DNA of 61,623 nt, the filler included, from Hausera hauseri (lineage: Eukaryota): NCBI GenBank assembly GCA_046269625.1. It is 12 parts of 12 records of this genome, joined end to end, with 100 filler letters (N's around TTAATTAATTAA, not from the genome) between each part and the next. Parts side by side here need not be neighbours in the genome. Positions count along the whole stretch, not along the records: positions 9,216 to 16,277 come from JBJURY010040333.1; positions 16,378 to 21,066 come from JBJURY010474688.1; positions 21,167 to 26,383 come from JBJURY010305277.1; 9 more parts are not named here. One strand, given 5' to 3'. The notes beneath the pieces are model-generated. The model saw only the letters and a program-made list of their open reading frames with translations. It did no database searches and was not told the DNA's origin. Each line of letters opens with the position of its first letter. The first letter of the stretch is position 1. The translations under genes were made by a program, and so were the position numbers. Shown one piece after another: positions 12,250 through 25,780 of the stretch.

Positions 12250-15200
12250 GTATTAAGATTTGGCCAGTAACTCTAAAATAGCCGTTCAACGAGGCTAACA
12301 GCACACACACTGGATTTTTTCAATAGTATGCAAGCTCGCTTGTATACAAGTAATGGAATCCTCTTCTAATCAACGGTCAAAACACACTCCTTGCAATAGG
12401 ATCCTCGTCCCCACGTCCCTTGGGTAGTGTTCACAAATAGAACTCAGCGAACCTAGCCCAAGAACCGGAGACTATAGTAAAAAAGATTATTAACGTCCAA
12501 GCAGTAGCGAAGTTTAATTCGAGAACAATAAAAAAGGTGCAATGTTTCCTTTTATAGAAAATTGTATTTAACTAGTGTTATCTCGTCTATTCGTGTTATA
12601 ACAACCTATTGATAGCAAAATCTCCAATATATCGTAATTGGCATTCAATGGAAAAAGGAATAACACTGAGAAAAGAACAAATATCCTGATAGGATGGTTA
12701 ACAAACAAACGCACATGGAGAGTGTCTGGGGGCATTCACGCACACATAAATCGAGCCCGGTAAGTGTAAAAAAGAAAAAACAAAAAAGCATGAATAAAAA
12801 ATGCACATCAATGTGTATAACGGGCTCGTACGGTCGTGTTGCGTCTAGATCATCATTCACATGTTACACGCTTTCCCCTGCAATTGAGATGTTTTTCTAA
12901 CACAGGTCAGTGTCACATAACATGTAAACTATGCACCGTTCAACTATCAATACCTTTGACTGGTAACGTCAATGACTTCATTGAGTAGAATCACAAATTC
13001 AGCAGAAACTAACAACGATACGCATGTACATGCATTATTACTACAAATAATCATAATAGTCCAGGTATGCATCGGAGAGACAAGCAAACGTCAGACAGCA
13101 TACAAGGTCACAGTACATGAAAGAAAGAAACAACAACTCAGTCGCAACGAAGAAGCAGTAGCTTTTTATATAAAAAAACAATAAACAGCATTATGTCTCT
13201 TACAGAGAAACATACTCACAAAGCAAGACATGGGTTAAATAAGTAGCAATCATCCATAAAATATAACTAAAATGGACTAGCGCCATCAACAAATAAATAA
13301 GTCACGCGACCCAACAAAACAAACACCTCATCTTCAACGTTCGCTCAGCATGTAACCACAGCACAAGAACCTATGAAAACAAGGAAGCGTGTTTCTACAC
13401 GTTTTCTCATTAGTTAATTGCACCTGTGTATAAATGGAACGGATAACATAAATTAATCAGGAACATATACACGTTTCCACATGATGAACACGATTCTACA
13501 GAAGCAGCAATCGAGGCACTCGGCGCTCCATTAGAAACAAAAAAAACACGACGACACTTCTCACCCATGCAAACATTCTACCTCATGCAACAGAGGCATT
13601 TCTCCCCACAAGATGTAGCACACTAATACGTGCCCTACAGTTCATTCAGAAAGCATCAATAGCTCCTCGAAATGTGTAGTGAACCACTAACAACAATACA
13701 CTACAACCATGTAGGTGTGCAGAAAACCAACAGCAACAGATCAGTTCAAACCTCTTCAAATGATTCTAAAGAGAAAATCAAGTACACAGTCGCCCTGGGA
13801 GCGAGCGGCGCGCAGAATAGTCATTGGTAAAAATGGGCTCTATTTAACTGAACCATAGTACGTCGCCATGGTTGAAATGGATTGTTCTTGCACCAACCGT
13901 CACTAGTTTAATCTGTTTGAGGTGATCGACTTCCGTTACTACGGACATCGAAAAATGCACTGATGTTCACCATGATAGCAATTACAGTCACAGCTCAGCC
14001 CACATTTAAACAATCAAACACATGCTCAGGCTAAAATCAATGACATCTCGGTATCTCTCTAAACACCAGATGACACCTCACGTGCACCAACTTTATCAAA
14101 GACCATTTCGTATAGAACAACACCACCTTTCAACCAGGACACAACAAGACTCCCTCAGTCAGATACTCAATATCAGTCATGTCCATTGACCTCTACACAC
14201 AAAACACCCATACATAAGAATCCACAGCGTGCAAACCCCACTTACACAGACAGCCCTCGGCGTGATGACTCACACTGAGCAGTACAAATCGACTGATGCG
14301 ATAAACAAATCCGTCCAACCGAGCAAAACAGGCAGTAACATCAGCAACATGAACACGATAGCAATTGGATGCCAAGCATTAATGAGACGTGTCCTCCCCG
14401 TCATTCGAGACCAAGTTGCAAACAGTACTGCTAAAGCGCTCAGAATCCTCAGGGTGGTCTCGCTGAGTTCAACAATAAATTCATCTGGGTGTACAACCGA
14501 GACATACTCCATGAAGTCACACTGTTGCTGGAGGGGATGACCCCTTGTGGTATCACTTACTACGCGCGAGTAGAAGCGTTCACTACAAAACACACCACTT
14601 GTGAAATTGATCACGTCCACACAACTCCAGAATACAAAAAATTTAGTACCGCGCGTCAATCCATCAAGCACACACCAGTCGTCACTCGGCTTTAACCCGC
14701 AGAGGACAACTGATACCCGTTCATTCAAATTGCTACGCACGTACCCAGAATCACAACAATCGAGCTCCACAATTAGTTGCACTTTCCATATATCAACTAT
14801 CACGACAACAGTGATTATTTCTATAAACAAGGAAACAATATCCTCTGTGGACACTCCACCATTAACGCCAATGAAGCAAGAACAAGAACGCACACTCTGG
14901 GGCACAAACAAAAAAAAAAAAAAACAATAAAGACCTCAACGCACGCAATAATACCTTCGCCATTTTCATACACAGGAACGGTACATATAAGACACATCCG
15001 ATTGGTGTGTTCATCGATCCCGCCTCCACACGTACAAAGGGCGAAGGCCCTAGCGCGGCCGAGGATAGAGTAATCGTCGTCAGGAAGGTATGTATGCGAG
15101 GCCAAAAATGTATCATTGTAATCTGTATTCACAGACAACAGCTCATCAGCACAACAACCCTCGAATGTTGTTCCAACAGTCATCTCCAAATGAACAAAAA

Positions 15201-17599
15201 CAGTGATTCCGTCGTTGTCAACAAGGACAAGCTTGTAATAAAACCGTAACCATCGTCACATGTACCCATCTGTTTCGCTTTCAACTGCTGCTGTTTGTAG
15301 CACAAATTGCATTACACTGTAGTGCAGGTCAAATAGCGTCCCGAAGAACAGAGCGCTACACTCTTTCTTTTCTCTCTTGCACTTTGCTACCTCAGCATAC
15401 GAAAGAACAATGATATGTTACTCTTTCTGATAATCGTTATGAGTGTGAAGCCAACCTAGTTTAGTAATGAAAAGCGAACAATTCCTTCCCCGGGTTGTTA
15501 GAGGAGTTTGTATTTCACCGCTCCTGTGTAATCATGGTTCTCTAAAGATCATTATTCAGCGACAACAATAAAACAAACAACAATGAAGCCAAGCTCGCTA
15601 GGGTATTAGTGCAGTAGCGCCTGACATTCGGCTCTCATCTCAAGCAAATGCTCGTACGTATCCAGGAAATTAATGCTATTGCGACGGAGTACAGAAAAAT
15701 ATTAAAAGACAAAACCACGAGAGACAACAAAAACGATATCCAACATAACAACAGCAAGCTTCTTGGTAAAAGCAATCTCTACGATTTAAATGTATCCTAT
15801 CTGGCGAGCAGCTCGGACGTTCAATAAAGCCACGACACACTACTAAGCAGTTGACCGTTCCTTTACAAACACAGGAAACGGAAACATCTTTGACAATCAT
15901 GATACTGTCTCAAGTTATCTTCGGTTTGCTGATATGTTATTCGTATGGAAAACGACGTTGACATACCTCGCACGGAAGCGCAGACTCGGGTAGTTGAACG
16001 AGTATATTCTCCTCGAGACGTTGATTAATAATACAAGCGCCGAAGTGGCTGGCTTTTATTTGTTAAACAAGACTCGATCATTCGGTGTACTGTTCGTCAC
16101 AAAGAACACAAGTGGAGTCAATTTTGTTTTCATTTGCGTTACCACATTCAATAGTGTAATCGGACCTTGGTGTGCTTCCGGTGCGAGAGACAGGTATTGA
16201 ATTGAGAGAGAAAGTGGTCTGATCCGCGTTTCTACGACAGCTGCGTTCGCCATATCATAGCCATGTATTACTGTCGTNNNNNNNNNNNNNNNNNNNNNNN
16301 NNNNNNNNNNNNNNNNNNNNNTTAATTAATTAANNNNNNNNNNNNNNNNNNNNNNNNNNNNNNNNNNNNNNNNNNNNTTTATTTTAAATAACTACTTTTT
16401 GAGGCTACACTTTTATATTCGGAAATTATATTCTAAAATAGAAATTTCGTTCATCCGGTCTGAAATAAACTGATTAGTATAATAAACAATTAATAATATA
16501 GTTCTATGTTCATAAATTGCATAATACCTTCAATTTTAATTTTATGTCGATTTAGCCTTGTACGCCAGATAGTCATAATTAATATCAAAAACAGCAAATA
16601 TAATATTTATAGATTTATCAATAAATAATTATTGGTATGTTAATTTTGATAGCATCAAGCTGTTTTCGTACTGTAAAAATTGTATTCCTAATTACGATTT
16701 CTTTCTGTCAAAAGCCACACTTGTGAATTGTAATAATGAGTTAATCAAACATCGTCCATCAACAATGAATTTTGATCATACTGTTTGCCAGAAAACTCAA
16801 CTGCAGTCAATGTACAATGACTGGAGAGTGATTGTGCACTAATTAGGCAATGGAGGATAGCAGCATCTGCCGTTATTTGATTATGGAAATGGCAAAGCTA
16901 ATCAAGTCCGCAGAGATAATCCCCAACCAGATGAAAACTCAATTTCATTCTGTACTTACCAAACTAACTTATCGCTGAATTCCTACTAATACTAGTTGCA
17001 TTTTTCAGCCATTAGTAATAGCAGTTAATGACCAATTCATCAGTTATCCTTGGTTCATTCGGACAATTTGTCCAAAGATTTTACAGGCAAATAAATTGAA
17101 AATTAATGAAGCTTGTTTGTTGCCATTACATCTCACTGATGTTGTCCATCGCATCGTCGCTGCCGATCTGTGGTGTATCGAATTGTTGACGATTTGCCGA
17201 TGAAATTTTCAGTTATTTACATCATCGGTCAATTTGATCATTTGTGTTCAGTCGCTTCTTCTGTTGCATCTTCAACTTGCATAAATAATTGACATGATAT
17301 TGTCAAACTAATTTTTTTTCGTACGAAATTTTAGTTCGGATTGGGGACGTTATGATTATTTGATTGACGAGAATTTCTGCTTGGAATTCCTTTGACAATA
17401 ATTGCCGACTTTTATATTTAGGGTTAGTTGATTTATGAAAATTTAATTAGTCCGTTAGTGAAATTTTTGTTGCAAAAAGTGGAAGAAAGGCGGTGATTAT
17501 GAACTGAAATGAACGGAAGAAATAAAAAGACAAAAGAATGGCCTGAGTTCCATTGAAACTGGTCACAAAACTACAGAGAGAAAGTTCAAAGAAGTTTAT

Positions 17600-20510
17600 T
17601 CAAACAACCCCATTGCAGACGAAATCCACAAGGGAATTGATCTGTCTGAACTGATCCATAATTGCAGCTGTTGATGAACGCAATACTTTGTCTGTATGAA
17701 TGAGAACATTGCGGCATTCTAATTTCGTATCTGCTACCTCCACGTCGTCCTCTCTGTCATCTTCATCGTTATCAGATTCATCACACAATGCATCCCTGTT
17801 ATGCCTCAACAAAACCCATAACAAAACGCCGCACTGATCCACATTGCGTTGCCGTACCAATTGATTACGGAACACCCTCAATAACCCCATCATCGGGCCC
17901 AATCCATCTACATTTAATGCCGGATCCAACAATCTTATTTCATAATCCACAGAAGCCTCAGTCAATCCTGTCAACAACTGCATAACCCTGTCACATTGCT
18001 CATCTGTCTGTGCACCAATCAACAATTGGGCCAGTTCCTGTCCTGATTGAAGATCACTGTACTGATCCAATTCATCTGCACGACGTTTTCTACTATCCAC
18101 CTTGTCAATCGGTTTGTCTATTGAATCATTCCATGCAATTCCACGGACAGTTTCGACAATTTGCGGCAGGAAAAACTCATCAGCAACAAATCCCTTCGTG
18201 TCGGTTTGTCGTCGTTTCATCAAATCATCCAAACGCATCACCGTAGCCAAATAATTCGATGACAATTGGCACAACTGCACCATCCCCCCGTCAACAATTG
18301 GCGCAACCCCTTCCAACGGCAATTCATCCCCATCGGACTGATCGTCATCAGCGTCAGTATGGACAAGGGGCAAAGTCATAAATGCGGTCCGGTCGTCATC
18401 AACATGCCAATTCGGCAAAACAGTCAACGGCGCAGTTGGTCGACGGGCCCATAAATAAATCCCAACATCGTGGTCATGCGCAGTGGCTAACAGGGCATCA
18501 TTAGGGGATACCGAAACAGCGCGAATCGGACGTTGCGTAACAAAACAATCGACACAAACAGCATTGACGTAATCAAAAGTGCGCAACGCATTCCCATCGG
18601 CAACAACCGCCAATTGTTCGTGATGAAAGAACGCAACGTCAACAGGAGGGCCATGCAGTGCAACGCGTATCTGCCGGAATTTTGTCAAACCTGCCAATTC
18701 AACAAGTACCGCAGTACCGTCATATGTCAGTGCGGCAATCATTGTCATATCAGGATGACTGCGTAACAACTGCACACATGAATCCAATGACAACTGATTC
18801 AACAACAACATGCTCATAAAATCCCACATTCGTACAGAATCCTGTGCAGCAGTTACAAACACCGGCAGAACATTTGACAGCCCGCATTGCAATCCCCTAA
18901 TTGACGCAGAATCATGTGCCATAATTGTACCGCGTTCCTCACCGGATTGCATGTTATATTTCACTGCATGGCCACTACTGTATCCGACAATAATAAAATT
19001 CCCACACAGACTTATCGCACAACAATTTGCCGCCACTCGACTGTACAAATACTCATTCGCCATAAATACTGCGGCATCCAATAAATGTTTCCCACGACAT
19101 CGGCGACTCACTGACCATGTCGTCACTTGTCTAGAAGCATCATGACACATTGCCATACTATCCCAATAACCATCACGTAATGCACATAATGACAAATCCA
19201 CTGGATGACTCATGACGTATTGTTGTCGTGTTACTCTGTCCTCTCGTCGACTGCCGTGTCCTCGTTGATACGCACGCCCCATTGGATAATTCTGCCGTGG
19301 TTCTATAGTACTGAATACATGCACACGGCTATCATCTGCTGCACTGACAATTTCGGTTGAGAATCGCCCCGATGGCCAAAATTCGATGCAATGCGGCGGC
19401 ATGGAATGACCACATCGAAACCGAATAAGCAGCGGCGTACCGTCAGGTCGGTCATAATTCCACACTTTAATACTGTTATCTTCACCGCTGGACAATAACA
19501 AGGGTTGTCCGTCGACGCAATACAAACTGACAACTGCAGCATCGTGACAATGTCGTGATTGACCAGCATTGCGGCGATTGGCTAGATCAAATAACACAAC
19601 ATGGCCATGTTCAGTACCGATAATTGCCATCGGTCGATCATCAATATCAGTACGGAATGCAATAGATCTCACTGCACCCATGTCTTGTTCGATGGTGACG
19701 ACGTGACGGTCATATTGAATGTTATGAAGGACAACTGATCCATCTGCACATCCTACTGCAATGACGTGTTGTTGTGGGGACTAAATAACTCCATAAACAA
19801 AAGATAATTAAATAAAATACTCACATCAACAACAATCGTCACGTCACAATCCAATTCATACTGGAAAATGGTCTCATTCGTTCGGTATTTGTACAGCCAC
19901 ATTTTGCCATCGCGTGCGACAATCACCAATTTTCCGATGTATCCACGGGGCTGCAAAACACCGCAAATATCAAATTCACCAGCAGGAAACGGGACACTGC
20001 GGAATATTTCACCGGATACCACGTCAAAGAACACCAATTTATTCTGATTACCGGCAACAGCACAAATCATTCCGTCAACTTCCAGCGGCACGATACAACG
20101 CCAATTTGCACAACTTTCAGCCTCATACTGTTGATTTATGTGTTTGGCACGTTTTATTGAGTAGATTCGTTTTTCTGTGCCGCAGAATATAACAGTTTTC
20201 GTTGAGGCCATACACGTGATTTCCTCCGGTAATAAATCACCTGTTTGTCACAATGATTATTTTATCAAAAAAGTAATTTACTTGAACTCAATACTGCCAA
20301 ATCCGACAGCTAAACAATTACATAAATAACAAATTAACAAATCAAAACAATATTAACTCTATAAACAAGGAAATATTGACCGATTGCTGATAAAACATTA
20401 TGATCCTTTTTAAAGGTTTGATTTACAGTTAACGGGACTTTCGATGAATTCAGTCCCAATGCCTTCAATGGTGCAAACAAATTTCCTTTGCTACTTTTTT
20501 CTTCAGTCAT
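17600..20510 (-). CDS. WDR36: WD40 protein WDR36/UTP21 (SSU processome), 4 exons
   Basis: N-terminus LFAPLKALG. Motifs LLSSGEDNSIKVW..D..DG.P.L.R.R.GH, CGNFIIVGYSSG...KYNMQSG and SPNDALLATAH..DVGIYLW. GT-AG introns at 20357-20310, 20281-20241 and 19824-19781 restore the frame. Confidence 0.9.
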
Positions 20511-21166
20511 GAATTAAAAATTTTGAATTGTGCTGATTTTTTTGATTATTTAAACAAAGTTCATTGGCCATTATAAATTTTATTTAGCACTTCTTTCATG
20601 TTTTCACTTCTTCTTATAAATTAAAATTTTTAAATTATGTACCAGTACTATCTTTGATTCAATTCAAAAACATACATCAAATTCGGAATTTAATCTATAA
20701 TTATCACCCTGTATTTAGTTGAAAATAATTGTAAATAAGTATGTCTATATTTACTGCGAGATATATTTCATTTTTTGAAATGTTTTCAGAAAATTTGTTT
20801 TCTTTTATTTTAAATGTATTTTCCATAATTATTGTTATTATCTTTGAAGTTATTCTCTTCCCATGAAACAAGGAAATGTGTATAATTACTTTAAGTAAAT
20901 GTATAATTTCAATGGATCATAAAAGGTATGTTTTAGTCATTTTCCTTACTTTCTTTTCTTCATATAATTGTTTTGCGTTTCAATAATATTTAGTTTACTA
21001 TAAGTAAATAGTAATTACGACATCTTCCTCCATATAAAAAACAGCCAGTTTTCACTTATTTTTCACNNNNNNNNNNNNNNNNNNNNNNNNNNNNNNNNNN
21101 NNNNNNNNNNTTAATTAATTAANNNNNNNNNNNNNNNNNNNNNNNNNNNNNNNNNNNNNNNNNNNN

Positions 21167-21790
21167 CGGAAGCTCGACCCGTTTTAATTTCGGTGCCAGA
21201 TATTCACTTCGAGTTTTCACATCGGATTTATCTTCTAACATTAGAAGACCTCTCATTTGTATCATTTTTATTATTTCTTCATTTTGCATCTCAATGTTAT
21301 TTAACTCCTCGATTAATTCTGCTAGTTCTTCTTTTTTCTTCAACTTCCTGGCGAGTAACTTAAAGGCGCTGATCTCCATAGATAATTTCTTAAAGGTTTC
21401 ATCGTATTTACTGTTTTGACGTTGAAACTCTTCTTCGGTTAATCGATTATTCATTAGTGATTTTCTCTGGACTATCAACTCATATCTTAGTCCATCTTTG
21501 GCTAACAATTGACTCTCGAAATCTTCGTTTTCGATTGTACTTCCTCCTTTCAGTCCACAATTGATATTTATTGTTGCCCCATGGGGAATTTTTTGTATCG
21601 TCTCATCACCGTTCCACTTTCTATTATTGTAGATAATTACAGAGTTATCTATCATCATGTGACACTTTTCTGATATTTTTGTTTTCAACAGAGCGACTGT
21701 TTCTATTCCGTCAACATCAACAACGATTAGTAGGTTTTGGTTTACTTTCACAATGATTTGTTTTAATTGTGGTTCTTCAGACTCTATTTT
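21167..21790 (-). mobile_element. Ubiquitin-like domain fused to LTR-retrotransposon Gag-like N-terminus (family 1, copy a), truncated at the contig end
   Basis: KQIIVKV...ETVALLKTKISEK...IIYNNRKWNGDETI...GATININCGLKGG (21763-21542) aligns with ubiquitin. A helical region and PKLKRVELP follow, homologous to 49378-50247. Confidence 0.75.
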
Positions 21791-22653
21791 TTATTCTTTA
21801 ATTCTATCCTTCTCTTTCCCATCATTTCGTTTATTTTATCCTCATTGTCTTTCTCATCATAATTTGTATTGTTGCCCAAATCCTTTCCCACTATTTTTGA
21901 ATGTTTCTGTATTTCAATTTTTGCATTTCTTAAGTTGATGTCTGATGTTTTTTGTTTTTCTCCCTTTGACCATTTAATAACTCTTTTTCTATCATCTTGA
22001 ACTGTTGTGACAATTCTTTGGGTATTGTTTTGAACTTCATTATTTGAGGATCTGTTTTTTAACTCATCCTTTACAGTTCCCACGGAACATTCTGCCCACG
22101 AATTTGATTCCATTTCATTAGTTTCATCAACAAAAATGAATTTTTATATAAGATGTCTATTTTAATGTTTTCTACAATTTCATTTAAAGACAAATTTTTT
22201 AGAAAGAACAAATTTATTCTTACGTTTGATTTAGTATAATTTAAAACAGCAATATAGAAGTTATATAACCTTCCCCTGTAAGTTTTAACGCAATAATTAT
22301 AAAAAAGGGATTTAAAGTAGGGAGTGGGAACGGCAGACAATGACATACATGACAATCCAAAATAACTGACCTTTGTTTTATTTGACATTGTTTTCTCCTC
22401 GGTTCTGTATTTTCTGATTCGATATTTAGACATGATGTCATCGATTCCGTTTCGAAATGGAATTTCCACCCGACTAAACAGGTATACTTCAGCTTTGTTC
22501 TCGTAACTTCTGTTCGTTTCAGCTAAAATGTTGATTAAAGCGAATTTTAGGGGGATTCGGAACCCCGTTACAATCAATAATTGTGGTTCTAAAGAGAACC
22601 GTTAACATTCTTAATTTGATCAACTGCTTTAGTTCTGACAACTATTCTTTCTT

Positions 22654-23560
22654 TTACAACTCAGCTTCTTCAGCTTTTCGACGTTGCAATTCTATTTTTA
22701 TCTGAATTTTACGCAATTTTTCTTTTTCCAATGTCACTTTTTCGGATTCAACAATGGATCCGATTTGAGTTACATGATTTTCAATCTCCGTTGAATGGTC
22801 GGATGCTGCAGCGTCTTCTTTTAACTTTTCCAACAAACTTTTGTAGTCACTTATTTGATTTGTTAGTATTTGTGACAACTTTTCGGATTGTGGCAGAGTC
22901 AACGTTTCATTTGTTTCACCCACAAATAATTCAACAAATTCCAATTTGAACTTTTGCGCATTCGATATCAATCGTGAAAATCGATCATTGATCATCAATT
23001 TTAAAGAATTAACGCCCAATTCAAGTGTACCGAACCGATTTCTTAGTACTTCACATTCTCTTTCGTTTAAAGTATCACATCGCTGTCCAACTCGAAGATT
23101 TAATTCATTCAGACAGAGAATCTTCTGTTCTATTTCATTCAATATCTCTTGTAAATTATCTTTCGAATTCATTTCATCATTGTTTATCTCTAAAGAATAA
23201 TCGTAATATTTACTATAAACGTCTTTATTCATGGCATCAATCCATTCTTCTACAGCACCTATATGGAACACAATTTTGTAAATGTCGTTTCTGATAGAAC
23301 TTTTCGTTTATTACTTAATGTTTCTAAAGATTTTTGGGTCATAAATAAACGTCTTTTCAATTCATGGATGGTTTCCAAACATTCGTCTAAAATTACTGCT
23401 ATGTCATCTTCCCACATTTGGCTTTCAATGACTGGTTCATTCTGTACATCAATTGCTGTTATAACTTTGGCAATCAATGGATATTCTACCATTTTTAATT
23501 TCATCTTTATGTAATCGTAATTCGTCGATATTCGAACAAGTTTTAAACGATTGTGCTGTA
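22654..23560 (-). pseudogene. Coiled-coil/helical host protein fragment(s), unidentified
   Basis: ORFs 22654-23271 and 23259-23504 are heptad-rich and in the same orientation as the neighbouring fragments. Confidence 0.35.
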
Positions 23561-23612
23561 GAGCTTCGTGTTTTCCTTTTACCAGTTCAACATGGGCATT
23601 GACAACTCGTTC

Positions 23613-23900
23613 TTATACATGTAGAGATTTACTAATATTTATAGTTTCTTTTAGACGTAAACCTTCGGTTTTTGCATCCTCCTGTTTTTTGCTACCAGCT
23701 AAATCTACCAATTGTAAATAACTCCTCATGATATTATCAACATTTTTGTCCTTATAACGTGTTTTCAGTGAAATTGTGAAGATTGCATGACTTCGAGAGT
23801 TTTTTCTATTCATTACCGTGTTTCCAATATGACGGTTCTTTAAGACGCGGTTTAATATATTTTCAGTCGCTGTCGGATTTTCAATAGTTACTTCAGTTAA
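23613..23900 (-). pseudogene. Kinesin motor fragment (KIF15/kinesin-12-like switch I and II)
   Basis: NRHIGNTVMNRKNSRSHAIFTI...LQLVDLAGSKKQ...GLRLKETINISKSL, with degenerate switch motifs. Confidence 0.8.
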
Positions 23901-23914
23901 TAGCACAATGACGA

Positions 23915-24505
23915 CCTCTTGATTAACTTCTTCCAATCTATCGATTAAACCAGGAGCAAAACTAATGCTCTCCGTATTGTCAAGAGAGCTGACAACCCAT
24001 CCAATATTTTTACATTGACCAGTCTGAACGTCTCCATGAACGCATGTATTACCTTTTCGGAGTTTGTTAACGTTGACAACGACATCAACTTTAGAAGTTT
24101 CGGTAACGTTCGTTGTAATCATATATGTAACTCTGTCACTTTTAAAGTCATTCAATGCTGATTCTCTCTGTTGTTGATCACAATCACTGTGGATCGTTGT
24201 TACCATAAAACCCAGGTAACTCAATTTTATATCCAAAAAGTCAAATAATCTTTTGTTTTCAACAAACACCAACGTTTTTTGATCGGGAATCTTTTTAACA
24301 TACTCTAATGCTCCATTTAACTTTTCTTTCGGCTCCACACAGATCACTTCTTGTTTAATATCACTGTCAACAAGTTCAATAATACAAATGGCTAAAATTA
24401 AACAGTTTTTCAACAAATTCCTTGCTAAATCTTGAATTGCTGTGGGAATAATAGCATTGAACATAAATATTTGATTAGTTCTATCATTACCAGCGAGATT
24501 GATTT
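23915..24505 (-). pseudogene. Vasa/DDX4-DDX3-like DEAD-box helicase C-terminal fragment
   Basis: QIFMFNAIIP.AIQDLA, KTLVFVENKR..DFL, TTIHSDCDQQQRESALNDFK and GQCKNIG are degenerate versions of motifs III-VI. Confidence 0.8.
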
Positions 24506-24549
24506 TCCCTCAAAATCTTTTTACTATTTCAAAAATTCCTTCAAAATCT

Positions 24550-24713
24550 AAAACGCGATGGGCTCCAAGTACACCATTCTTACTACATAAAGTAACATTT
24601 ATATCCTTTGGAATGTAAAATGTTAGTAACATTGGTATTGAAATTCCTACATTCACATACATCCCTTTTTTCAATTCAACGGCTGCTCGTCTGACTATTT
24701 TCTCTGTGATCAA
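24550..24713 (-). pseudogene. Succinyl-CoA:3-oxoacid CoA-transferase (SCOT/OXCT) B-domain fragment
   Basis: EKIVRRAAVELKKGMYVNVGISIP...VTLCSKNGVLG matches RAA.E..GMY.NLGIGIP...L.SENG.LG. The catalytic Glu has been lost (SKNG). Confidence 0.8.
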
Positions 24714-25084
24714 TTTATTGAGTTTTCTTTTCTTTTGTTTCTGCCGTTTTCTGAAATATCAAATTGTCAAATTTATGGACCTTCCATTTTTTTATGAGGG
24801 TGGTCATCAACAAGCTCCGATTCTAATAAATACTTTACTTCATTAAAATCTCGTATTGCTTTTGATTTGTAAGACAAAAGGAGTATTTCATCGTTTGAGA
24901 ACCCTTCAACAATTTTGTACGGCATTTTCAATTGTTGGGGTGATTTCGATATTTTATGTTCATCGGGAAAATCTGTTTTCCTCATTGAAAGTCGCAACCA
25001 TGGTTATATCAAAAAATCAAACAAATGATGATGAAAAGCTGCCGATGAAATTATTTGGTTAAGCTCATTTTAAATAAACATTTT

Positions 25085-25780
25085 GCTTACCAAATCATAA
25101 GTCACCGAATTGACTTTATTTCTTATCAGTTTCGTAACATTCATGATGTTATGGCCAATTGGAAAATCCATCTCTGAGAACCTTAGTTGAGTGCCGGTTA
25201 AATCCTCTTTCGTTGGGACGCCCAACTGAGTAAACCAACTTGGTCAAAGATCTATTTCAACATCAGCACGGAATGGAGCCCTTCTCATTACCATTTTGAC
25301 AAAAATACATCCGAGAGACCAAATGTCGACTTCGGAACCGTAATAGCCTGTTTTCAGCAACAACTCCGTTTTATGATAGTTAATTGTGACAACTTCCAGT
25401 AAGAGAGGAATAAATGTAATTGAGACTTTCCTTACGAGCTCAAATTTAGATAATTTTATTTTTCGCGTGTAATGGTGTATTAATATATTATGGGATTTGA
25501 CATCTCTTTGAATAACTCGACGGTGGTGGCAAAATGATACAGCTTGAAGGATTTGAAACATAAAACCCTTATGCAATATATCCGTCATTTCATATAGTTT
25601 AAGAAAAATATCCAGACTCATTTTCATATATTCCAAATTCATATAACGGTTAGAGTAGGTCAGTAGTACTTGATGAAAACTCACAATATTTGGATGTGGA
25701 AAATTTTCAAACAAACTAATTTCCATTAATATCGTAATTTCAGTTAAATTTTCTGGTTTAAATTTTTTAACAGCAGAAAA
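25085..25780 (-). pseudogene. Cyclin-dependent kinase (CDK1/2-like) fragment
   Basis: AVKK, HPNIV, FCHHRRVIQRDVKSHNILI, EVVTINYHKTELLL, VDIWSLGCIF, F.ADVEID and LGVP. HRD, DFG and APE motifs are degenerate. Confidence 0.85.

Noticed and set aside
14193-16253. ORFs upstream of the SRCR gene
   Set aside because: Possibly decayed coding sequence, but no recognisable domain, and overlapping frames conflict.
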